DNA of 50,973 nucleotides from an uncultured Erysipelotrichaceae bacterium. GTDB taxonomy: Bacteria; Bacillota_I; Bacilli_A; RFN20; CAG-826. This document shows positions 44,308-50,973 of this stretch, piece by piece (position 1 is the first letter of the stretch; each line of letters begins with the position of its first letter). The position numbers were made by a program, and so were the translations under genes. Where the stretch lies: contig CADCLZ010000002.1 of assembly GCA_902802365.1 (NCBI GenBank), positions 1-50,973 on the forward strand. Reading direction: 5' to 3'. Below the pieces are notes generated by a model. It was not told the DNA's origin and ran no database searches. It saw nothing but the letters and a program-made list of their open reading frames with translations.

Positions 44308-44841
44308 CTAGCGATATCCGTGGATTTTCTTTTGCTTTTCCAAAATACCGGTCGCCATGATGCGATCGACCGCGATTCCGACCAATACGCCGGTCGCCAA
44401 AGAAATCAGCATCATGAATGGATAATAGAAGAACACGGCGGGGGAACCCATGAAGATCGCCCCGACGGCGACTTGGGCGAAGGAATGCATAATGCTCCCC
44501 AAAGTGGAGACGCCGACGACAGTCAGCATCCGTAAGACGTATTTTCCGAACACCATCACCAAAAGCGACGCCATCGCCCCGGCGAACGACATCCAGAAAC
44601 CCATCTGGAGGAAGCTGCCGCGGAGCAGCGCGACCACCAAAACCCTGGCGACGTTGATCAGCAACGCTTCGATGATCCCGAACTCATAGAGGACCAAGCA
44701 GATGACGATATTCGCAAAACCCGGCTTTAAGCCAGGAATCCAGGCGGAGGGGATAAAGCTTTCGGCGATGCCCAAAGCGATGGCCAAGGCCAACAGAATC
44801 GCCATCAAAGTCATTTTATGGAGATTGAACCGCTTGCTCAT
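44308..44841 (-). CDS. Gx transporter family membrane protein (PF07456-type, formerly 'heptaprenyl diphosphate synthase component I')
   Basis: A 177-aa, 5-TM protein with LKPGFANIVICLVLYEFG. It has the usual partnership with a NusG-domain-II gene (ATGA overlap). Confidence 0.65.
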   Translation of the reverse strand: MSKRFNLHKMTLMAILLALAIALGIAESFIPSAWIPGLKPGFANIVICLVLYEFGIIEALLINVARVLVVALLRGSFLQMGFWMSFAGAMASLLVMVFGKYVLRMLTVVGVSTLGSIMHSFAQVAVGAIFMGSPAVFFYYPFMMLISLATGVLVGIAVDRIMATGILEKQKKIHGYR

Positions 44842-45278
44842 CCGATCACGATCTCCCCGTTGGGTTCGCCAACGATTTCAATGACGACTTGGTTATAGGC
44901 GCAGACGATCGGGAGGCCCGGCTCGCTGATATAGCCGCGGTGCTCGCAATCATGCCCCGGGCAATGCCCATCCACGACGCGGATCGCGTTAAATTTGACG
45001 CCGATCTCCATTTAGGTCACCGCCCCTTGGATGGTGAAAACCCGTTCTTCTTTCGGCTCTAAGGATAGATCTAGTTCTTCAAGAAACATCCCGGCCACCG
45101 AGATCTGGGCGATATGCCCTTGGTTCGGTTTGGGGAGCGCCACCCAGATCGAAAGCCCGGCCGCCGCGATCGAAAAGGCGCCGATCACGATGAAATCCCA
45201 GAGGTGCTTCAGCCAAAAAGAGGGCTTCTTGGTCGCTTCTTCGGGGACTTTCTTTTCCAAGGTTTCGGGTTCGTTCAT
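44838..45278 (-). pseudogene. NusG-domain-II (DUF1312) membrane-anchored protein split by an in-frame TAA at 45012-45014
   Basis: The 88-aa ORF ends ...ERVFTIQGAVT*. The next codon, in the same frame, is ATG 45011. It opens MEIGVKFNAIRVVDGHCPGHDCEHRGYISEPGLPIVCAYNQVVIEIVGEPNGEIVIG*, a 57-aa ORF below the track cutoff. Together they form one 146-aa DUF1312-like protein. Confidence 0.7.
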
Positions 45279-46339
45279 TGGAAGACGACTCCTTGGTTTT
45301 TGACGATTTCGCCATCGTTATAGAAAACATATGAGACGTTGTATTTGCTGGCTAAGGCGTTCACCTTGTCGAGGTTCTCGTTCACGCCCATCAAGATGAA
45401 GGCGGTGGAAAGCACGTCCAAAACCCCGGCGTCTTGACCCAATAGGGTCACGCCGAAATAATCCACGTGGGCGCTCCCGGTGAACGGGTTGATGATATGC
45501 GAATAGGAAACCCCGCCGATATCCGCTTCCTGGGCATCGATGCCCGAGGTGCCGACGCAGACGTTTTTGAGTTTCATCTTTTGGCTGATCCCGCGAATAT
45601 TGACCGTCCAAGCGCCGCCGTCGAGGTCTTGTTCGCCAAGCAGGATGCTGCTGGTCCCGGCATCGACATAATAAGCGGTGAAGCCGTTATCCTTGATCCA
45701 TTCCCAGGCTTTCTGGGCGGCGTAGCCTTTGGCGATCGCGCCTAAATCGATCTTCGCTGTTCCGATGCGGCGGACGGTATATTTGCCCTCTTCTTCCTTA
45801 AGGACCAAGTCGGAATTCTCCATCTCGCTCAGGCAGGCGCGGATCTCTTCCTGGCTCGGAATGCTGGGGTCAGGGGTCTTCGAACCCGAAGGGGTAACGC
45901 GTTCGGGATGGAGATGGTCTTTCCATAGATCGGAGAGGTTCCCGATCAAGGGATTCACATAACCATAGGACTCTTTTTCCATCTGGAGTGAGAAGCTGAG
46001 CAGATCATAAAGCTCTTTCTCGATGGTGACGGCTTGGTTGGTTTGGTTGATATCGTAGACGTTCTTGTGGTTTGTCACCGACTGGGTGTTATCGGCCAAA
46101 GAGTCATAAAGCGAGAAGATCTTCCCGACTTCAAACTCCGGCTCACCAAGGGTTTCGTCGGCGGACCTAAGCGAAACCCGAATCCGGCTATTCATCGCAA
46201 AATAGTCGGCCTTATAGTCGTGGTAGGGGGTCTTCTGCTCCCCGCAGGCAAGCAAAAGAAAAACGACGGGGGCCACCCCGAAAAAGATGTGGCCTCCACG
46301 TTTCTTAGATAGTGGGAATGTGCTTCGTTCCGTCCTCAT
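45275..46339 (-). CDS. apbE: FAD:protein FMN transferase ApbE (lipoprotein)
   Basis: Lipobox VVFLLLACGE and ApbE motifs DLGAIAKGYAAQKA and GTSGI...SHIINP. Confidence 0.88.
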   Translation of the reverse strand: MRTERSTFPLSKKRGGHIFFGVAPVVFLLLACGEQKTPYHDYKADYFAMNSRIRVSLRSADETLGEPEFEVGKIFSLYDSLADNTQSVTNHKNVYDINQTNQAVTIEKELYDLLSFSLQMEKESYGYVNPLIGNLSDLWKDHLHPERVTPSGSKTPDPSIPSQEEIRACLSEMENSDLVLKEEEGKYTVRRIGTAKIDLGAIAKGYAAQKAWEWIKDNGFTAYYVDAGTSSILLGEQDLDGGAWTVNIRGISQKMKLKNVCVGTSGIDAQEADIGGVSYSHIINPFTGSAHVDYFGVTLLGQDAGVLDVLSTAFILMGVNENLDKVNALASKYNVSYVFYNDGEIVKNQGVVFQ

Positions 46340-46622
46340 CCGGATGATCCATCATATAGACGATGATCGGATCGTAGGTCCTTTCTCCCTTGCCGCCTTT
46401 GCACTTGCTGACTTTCGTCTCCTCGCCTTTGACCAAAGCTTCGGCCAAGGCGCGGCAGCCGGCATAGCCGCAGCCGCCGCAATTGGCGCCGGGCAATAGT
46501 TTTTCGACATCGTTGATGCGGTGGTCTTCCTTGACGGCGAGAAAGACGGCCGCCAGGGCAAGGCCCAATCCGAAGACGGCGCAGAGGCCGAGCATCAACA
46601 AGATTCCCCATAATACGTTCAT
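46305..46622 (-). CDS. RnfB-like N-terminal module only (TM helix plus CX2CX4C...C Fe-S domain); no ferredoxin domains
   Basis: MNVLWGILLMLGLCAVFGL..., then LLPGANCGGCGYAGCRALAEALVKGEETKVSKCKGG, which is the RnfB N-terminal signature. The protein ends after 105 aa with no CxxCxxCxxxCP motifs. Confidence 0.7.
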   Translation of the reverse strand: MNVLWGILLMLGLCAVFGLGLALAAVFLAVKEDHRINDVEKLLPGANCGGCGYAGCRALAEALVKGEETKVSKCKGGKGERTYDPIIVYMMDHPDEDGTKHIPTI

Positions 46623-46840
46623 TCTTTTTCCTCCTTCCCGTCTTCATCGCTTTTCTCGATGCCCCAGCGGATCGGGCAACCAGCTTTTTTGCAGCTGCCG
46701 CAGACTTCTTCGCTCGGTTCGAGGTTCTCGCAGCCCTTCGGAGCCGGCGTCCTCCGATAGAGGACGAAGCTCGTGACGAAGATGGCGAGCAAGACGACGA
46801 TGATGACGATGGTAAGCGTTATCGCTAATTCTTTGCTCAT
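46619..46840 (-). CDS. Cys-rich single-pass membrane micro-protein (73 aa) between rnfA and the rnfB-like gene
   Basis: ATGA overlaps on both sides. MSKELAITLTIVIIVVLLAIFVTSFVLY, then GCENLEPSEEVCGSCKKAGCPI (C-x11-C-x2-C-x5-C), then an acidic tail. The longer track ORF start (46960) lies inside rnfA. Confidence 0.55.
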   Translation of the reverse strand: MSKELAITLTIVIIVVLLAIFVTSFVLYRRTPAPKGCENLEPSEEVCGSCKKAGCPIRWGIEKSDEDGKEEKE

Positions 46841-47445
46841 GCACCGATCCCTTGGAAGCCCATGAAGGCGAGCGCCATAAGGGCGGCGGTGATCAGGGCG
46901 ATCGGAAGGCCTTTGAACGCCTTCGGGGTGTTGGCCGCTTCTAAGCGGGTGCGGATGCAAGCCATCAGCACGATGACAACCAAGAAGCCGACCGAGGTGC
47001 CGAGGGCATTGGCCATCGCGGTGCCGAAGTCCGCCGCCGCATAGGCGTAGGAAGCGCCTTTGGCGGTGTTCTCCTGCACGACGCCGAGGACCGCGCAGTT
47101 GGTGGTGATAAGCGGGAGATAGATGCCCAAAGCCTTATAAAGGCTCGGGGAGAATTTCTTGACGACGAGACCGACGACCTGGACCAAGGAAGCGATGACC
47201 AAGATATAGACGATCGTATCCATGAAGGTCAACTCGGCCGGCACCAAGATGAAGACGTAGATCGGCCAAGAGACCAAGGCCGCCAAAACGATGACGAAGG
47301 TGACGGCGATGCCCATCGAGGCCGCGGATTTGACGCGGTTGGAGACGCCGACGAAGCTGCAGATGCCATAGAAACGGCTGAGCACGACGTTATCGACCAA
47401 GAAGGACGAGACGATCGCGAGCAAGAAGGTCACGAAGTAGTTCAT
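46837..47445 (-). CDS. rnfA: Rnf complex subunit A
   Basis: A 202-aa, 6-TM protein starting MNYFVTFLLAIVSSFLVDNVVLSRFYGICSFVGVS, which is the RnfA/NqrE family pattern. Confidence 0.9.
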   Translation of the reverse strand: MNYFVTFLLAIVSSFLVDNVVLSRFYGICSFVGVSNRVKSAASMGIAVTFVIVLAALVSWPIYVFILVPAELTFMDTIVYILVIASLVQVVGLVVKKFSPSLYKALGIYLPLITTNCAVLGVVQENTAKGASYAYAAADFGTAMANALGTSVGFLVVIVLMACIRTRLEAANTPKAFKGLPIALITAALMALAFMGFQGIGA

Positions 47446-48203
47446 TATTTGTCACCTCCCACGGCGGCCTGCGCTTGTTGCGCTTTGAGGGCGGCCTGCC
47501 GTTTCTTTTCTTCCAAAGCTTTTGCTTTGGCAATCGCGGCCTTGTGGTTGTTGACCGCGGCGATGATCGCCATGATCACGCCGAGGGTGATGAAGCCGCC
47601 GGCGGGATTGGAGAACAGCGAGATCGAGAAGTCATAGGAGCCATCGACCGCCTTTAAGATCGGAAGATGGATGGCTTCGCCATTGACCTGAATGAAGGTG
47701 AAGATGTTGCCAAGGGTGAGCATCCCGGTGCCCAAGATCTCGCGGACGAGGCCGATGATGCAGAGGGCGAGGGTGAAGCCGACGCCGTTTCCAAGGCCAT
47801 CGAGCAACGAATCGCCGACGGTGTTCTTGTTGGCGAAGGCTTCCGCGCGGCCGAGAACGATGCAGTTGACGACCAATAAGGCGAGGAAGACGCCGAGGGA
47901 GCTATAGAGCTCCGGCAAGAAGGCTTCGGTCATCATCTTGGTGATGGTGACGAAGGTGGCGATGACGACGATGTAGCAGGGGATATGGACCTCATCGGGG
48001 ATGATCTTCCGAAGAGCGGAGATGATCACGTTCGAGAAGACGAGGACGAAGGTGAACAAGATGCCCATGCCAAGGCTGGCTTCGAAGGTCTTGGTGACCG
48101 CCAAAGCGGGGCAGGTGCCGAGCACCAACACAAAGAGCGGATTCTCTTGCCAGATCGGCTTGAGGAAGCTTTCTTTATGGAAATAACGTTTCTTTTCTTC
48201 CAT
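47445..48203 (-). CDS. rnfE: Rnf complex subunit E, with a roughly 35-aa Ala/Lys/Gln-rich C-terminal extension
   Basis: WQENPLFVLVLGTCPALAVT is the RnfE/NqrD signature. The C-terminus reads KAAIAKAKALEEKKRQAALKAQQAQAAVGGDK. Confidence 0.9.
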   Translation of the reverse strand: MEEKKRYFHKESFLKPIWQENPLFVLVLGTCPALAVTKTFEASLGMGILFTFVLVFSNVIISALRKIIPDEVHIPCYIVVIATFVTITKMMTEAFLPELYSSLGVFLALLVVNCIVLGRAEAFANKNTVGDSLLDGLGNGVGFTLALCIIGLVREILGTGMLTLGNIFTFIQVNGEAIHLPILKAVDGSYDFSISLFSNPAGGFITLGVIMAIIAAVNNHKAAIAKAKALEEKKRQAALKAQQAQAAVGGDK

Positions 48204-48205
48204 GA

Positions 48206-49627
48206 TCAGGCTCCTTTCTTGAGGTTGCTGTAATGTTCAGCGGCCTTCAGAGTCAATTGCTGCGAAGCGGAAGCGGAGATGGTCGCGTTGGCGGTCAGCT
48301 CCACGTCGCCGCTCGGATTGGCGTTGTAGTTGGCGACATAGGATTCCTCCCACTGCGGGCCGCGGCTCATCGTGTCGGTCAAGACCTGCATCTTGCCGAA
48401 CTTGACGGTTTCGGACTCATAGGAGAAGGAGACCAGATAGGTCGCATCGCCATGGGCCTCGAGGTATTGCTCCGGTTCGGAGAAATGGAGGGTCATGGAG
48501 CAGAGATAGACTTCGCCAAGCTCCGCGGAGGCTTCGTCAAAGACGGTCCAGTGCTCGACGAGCTCGCCGGTGCCGGTATTTTCAAACGGCTTATCGCGAT
48601 ACTGCGGGAGCAAGGCGCTGGTCACGATGCTCACGTCATCGATCTTGGTGGCGTCCGAAGTCGATTTCGCCGTGCTGAAGAGATTCTTGCTCTTCGCGGC
48701 GAGGTTATCCAAACCATTGGCCTGGTAGTGGGCCTTCGCTTCGTCGACCAAGGTGGTGTAGATGCCCGAGAAGTCGGCGGTGCTGACTTCACCGGTGGTG
48801 CCGTTTTCGACCAAGGTGTTCTGGAGGACGTAGGCCTTTTCGGCGAGGACGGGGTTCTCTTGATCGCCAGAGAGGCCGATCGCAAGGCCGAGCTTGCCAT
48901 CGTCTCCGCTATAGCGGAGAGAGTAGATCCTGGCGGCCTCGTTGAGGTTGCCGGCGTCGTTATAGAGCGGATAGTACTTCTTGAGGTAGGTGCCGCCATC
49001 GACGGAACGGTCATCCTTGTCGGCGTAGGTGTAGGTGGTGCCGAAGATCGTGCTGATCTCGATGGCGAAATCCTCGCTCACGCCGCCGGAGATGCCGGCG
49101 TACATGTCTTTGGCTTCCTTGACCATGTCGCGGAAGAGCCCGCAGCTAAGCGTCGCGCCCGTGCCCTTGTAGGCTTCGAGGTTGGCGTCGCTCGGATCGG
49201 CGGCGAAGGCATCGTAGTAAGCCTTGAAGGTGGTGTCATAACCCGGGGTCATCTCCTGCTCGACGATCGCGACCTTCGCGATGGAAGGATCGTCGCCGTC
49301 GCCGGTGATGCCGATCATCAGGTTATAGGAGGCGCGGGAGTTCTGACCTTCCGCGCGGATGATTTTGCCGAGCTCCTCGCTGCCTTCATAGGCAACGCGG
49401 TACTCTTTGACGTATTGGCCGGCCATCAGGGTGGCGTCAGAGACCTCGGTCAAAGTCGGGAAGACTTCTTTGAAAGCCGCCGACTGGGCTTGTTCCCGGC
49501 GTTCCTGGATGACGGGTCCCGTCAAGAGGTTGAGGCTGGTGATGAGGGCGGCGCTGACCACGCCGATCGCGGTCAAAACGCCGACGGTCTGGAGGTAATA
49601 CTTGATCGGTTTCTTCTCGAAGCTCAT
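48206..49627 (-). CDS. rnfG: Enlarged RnfG-like subunit (473 aa) built from three FMN-bind-like repeats
   Basis: N-terminal TM anchor. Repeat 1 carries a canonical flavinylation motif (YKGTGATLS, Thr159). The aligned positions read STADFS in repeat 2 and ANATIS in repeat 3. Position between rnfD and rnfE. Confidence 0.75.
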   Translation of the reverse strand: MSFEKKPIKYYLQTVGVLTAIGVVSAALITSLNLLTGPVIQERREQAQSAAFKEVFPTLTEVSDATLMAGQYVKEYRVAYEGSEELGKIIRAEGQNSRASYNLMIGITGDGDDPSIAKVAIVEQEMTPGYDTTFKAYYDAFAADPSDANLEAYKGTGATLSCGLFRDMVKEAKDMYAGISGGVSEDFAIEISTIFGTTYTYADKDDRSVDGGTYLKKYYPLYNDAGNLNEAARIYSLRYSGDDGKLGLAIGLSGDQENPVLAEKAYVLQNTLVENGTTGEVSTADFSGIYTTLVDEAKAHYQANGLDNLAAKSKNLFSTAKSTSDATKIDDVSIVTSALLPQYRDKPFENTGTGELVEHWTVFDEASAELGEVYLCSMTLHFSEPEQYLEAHGDATYLVSFSYESETVKFGKMQVLTDTMSRGPQWEESYVANYNANPSGDVELTANATISASASQQLTLKAAEHYSNLKKGA

Positions 49628-50721
49628 AACACACCTCCCAACAAAGCGATCTCAGCGACCGGGTTGGCTTTGCCATAAGCGGCCCAGAGAACGATGCCCG
49701 CGGCGACGAGGATGATCGCGCCATAGGCGATGAAGTGCCGCTTGTCGAAGCGGTTCTTCCATTTGAAATAATCGAGGGCGGGGGCGACCAAGTTGGCGAT
49801 CAAGATGCCATAGCCAACACCCTCGGGGGCGCCGGCGAAGAGGCGGATCAAAACCGCGGCGATCGCGCCGACCATGCCATAGTAGATCCTGCTCGGGGCG
49901 GTGATCGGCATCGTGACCGGATCGGTGATCATGAAGGCCAAGCCGTAGAGGAAGCCGCCGGCGAGCACGTGATAAAGCGTATAGGTGAGGGCATTGTCGG
50001 AAAGGAAGATGCCCGCGACGAGGATCAAGACGATGAAGGTGCCGGCATAGCTGGCCACCACGCGCCAATCGGCGACGCGGCGGATCAATAAATACGCCAG
50101 CCCGACCAAGATGGCGATCTTGCAGACCTCGCCCATCGCGCCTTGGGTGGTGCCGATGAGCAGGTGGAGAAGATCGGCGTCCCCGCCTTGGAGCGAGGTC
50201 GCCCCGGCGGTGATGCCTTCGGAGAGGTAATTGACGTATTGGCCGTTCATCTGGGAGGCAAAGCAGGCCTTGGCGAAGATGAAGCCGGTCGCGGCGGGGT
50301 TGAAGATGTTCTGACCAAAGCCGCCGAAGAGCAATTTGCCGACGATCATGCCGAACAATGCGCCGATCGGAAGGATGTAGAAGTACATCGCGCCTTCCTG
50401 AGCCGGGAACATCAAGCCATAGATGAGGCCGGAGATGATCGCGGAGAGGAGGTTATACATCTTGAAGCCGATGACTTTCGGCTGGAAGAGCATCTGGAAG
50501 GTCTTTTTGCCTTCTTTCGGTTTGAAGCGGATGAAGACGAAGATATATTCCGCCAAAAGCATGACCGCCACGGGGATGGCGAGATTGCGAAGGGCATAGA
50601 GGCGGAACGCGATATAGGAGAAGATCACGACCGGAGCCAAAGCGATGATGACATCGAGGAGCATCCAGGTCAGGTTGTCTTTGCGCCGGATATGGGGCGA
50701 ATTTTCAGTGATGAAGTTCAT
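49624..50721 (-). CDS. rnfD: Rnf complex subunit D
   Basis: A polytopic 365-aa protein starting SPHIRRKDNLTWMLLDVIIALAP, with a flavinylation-type motif GITAGATSLQ. SD GAAAGGAGG. Confidence 0.9.
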   Translation of the reverse strand: MNFITENSPHIRRKDNLTWMLLDVIIALAPVVIFSYIAFRLYALRNLAIPVAVMLLAEYIFVFIRFKPKEGKKTFQMLFQPKVIGFKMYNLLSAIISGLIYGLMFPAQEGAMYFYILPIGALFGMIVGKLLFGGFGQNIFNPAATGFIFAKACFASQMNGQYVNYLSEGITAGATSLQGGDADLLHLLIGTTQGAMGEVCKIAILVGLAYLLIRRVADWRVVASYAGTFIVLILVAGIFLSDNALTYTLYHVLAGGFLYGLAFMITDPVTMPITAPSRIYYGMVGAIAAVLIRLFAGAPEGVGYGILIANLVAPALDYFKWKNRFDKRHFIAYGAIILVAAGIVLWAAYGKANPVAEIALLGGVL

Positions 50722-50737
50722 TCTGGATCCTCCTTTC

Positions 50738-50973
50738 TCACGGCAGCCTCGCCACGATCTTCGCGCGGCGGACGTAATCGGTCACTTTGATCTTGCTGGT
50801 GCAGGAATAGGTGCAGAGGCCGCATTCCATGCAGGCGAGCGGGTTGAGTGCCTTGACCCGATCTTTGTCGACCGGCATGACCTTCATGGCATTCATGATG
50901 TCGACCGGACGGAGATGGACGGGGCAGCTGAGGACGCAGGAGCCGCAGCGGATGCAGGGCTCTTCCTCGTATT
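50738..50973 (-). CDS. rnfC: Rnf complex subunit C, C-terminal part (gene runs off the right edge)
   Basis: My translation: ...EEEPCIRCGSCVLSCPVHLRPVDIMNAMKVMPVDKDRVKALNPLACMECGLCTYSCTSKIKVTDYVRRAKIVARLP*. The two 4Fe-4S ferredoxin motifs are typical of the RnfC C-terminus. Confidence 0.88.
   Translation of the reverse strand, partial: YEEEPCIRCGSCVLSCPVHLRPVDIMNAMKVMPVDKDRVKALNPLACMECGLCTYSCTSKIKVTDYVRRAKIVARLP

Noticed and set aside
48233-49678. A 481-aa plus-strand ORF, the longest plus-strand ORF in the right half of the window.
   Set aside because: It is exactly antisense to rnfG. The translation is Gly/Asp/Arg/Val-rich with no motifs. It lacks an SD and would sit against an otherwise uninterrupted minus-strand operon. 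It is a typical shadow ORF of a GC-biased coding strand.
1-50973. I scanned for CRISPR arrays, IS or transposase genes, integrases, phage genes, toxin-antitoxin pairs and classic defence genes.
   Set aside because: I saw no regularly spaced direct repeats. None of the ORF translations shows a DDE transposase, tyrosine or serine recombinase, restriction-modification or Cas signature. The PIN-like protein has no adjacent antitoxin-sized partner.

Overview
This is a 51 kb chromosomal segment with a Bacillota (Firmicutes)-type layout. That assignment is an inference from gene order: secA-comF, prfA-prmC-tsaC-rpiB, and dnaX-ybaB-recR-tmk-holB-ricT-rsmI. About 50 genes are tightly packed, most on the minus strand. 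I saw no rRNA, tRNA, CRISPR array, transposase or integrase.

**Housekeeping blocks**
- 1-13.7 kb holds secA, competence, translation-termination and replication genes.
- 13.7-29 kb is a long co-directional minus-strand run: GH2 glycosidase, HAD phosphatase, esterase, a fused arginine decarboxylase/agmatine deiminase plus aguB, mntP, patatin, an RluA-type pseudouridine synthase, a DUF1538-like membrane protein with a tandem PII-like protein, and a very large YfhO-family membrane protein.
- 29-33.7 kb holds a frameshifted M24 peptidase, a copA-copZ-csoR copper operon with a CsoR box, and an hsp20 gene behind a sigmaA-type promoter with CIRCE operators.
- 33.7-44.3 kb holds an orphan gene, ybaK, a small membrane protein, a PIN-like nuclease fused to a long Lys/Pro/Ala/Glu-rich tail, a TtcA-like PP-loop ATPase, mutY, an M13 lipoprotein peptidase, a GT4 glycosyltransferase and a membrane GGDEF cyclase.

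**Most unusual locus (44.3-51 kb)**
The cluster is rnfC-D-G-E-A with three departures from the canonical operon:
- RnfG is about twice normal size, built from three FMN-bind-like repeats.
- Canonical RnfB is replaced by a 73-aa Cys-rich membrane micro-protein plus a 105-aa RnfB N-terminal module with no ferredoxin domains.
- The operon continues into apbE, a NusG-domain-II gene split by an in-frame TAA, and a Gx-transporter gene.

**Other points worth follow-up**
- The ADC-AguA fusion.
- The DUF1538/tandem-PII pair.
- The Asn/Arg/Gln/His-rich tail on RicT.
- Several genes whose -10 hexamer sits 4-11 nt from the start codon with no Shine-Dalgarno sequence, suggesting leaderless mRNAs.

All functional calls come from motifs I read in the translations. 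No database search was possible.
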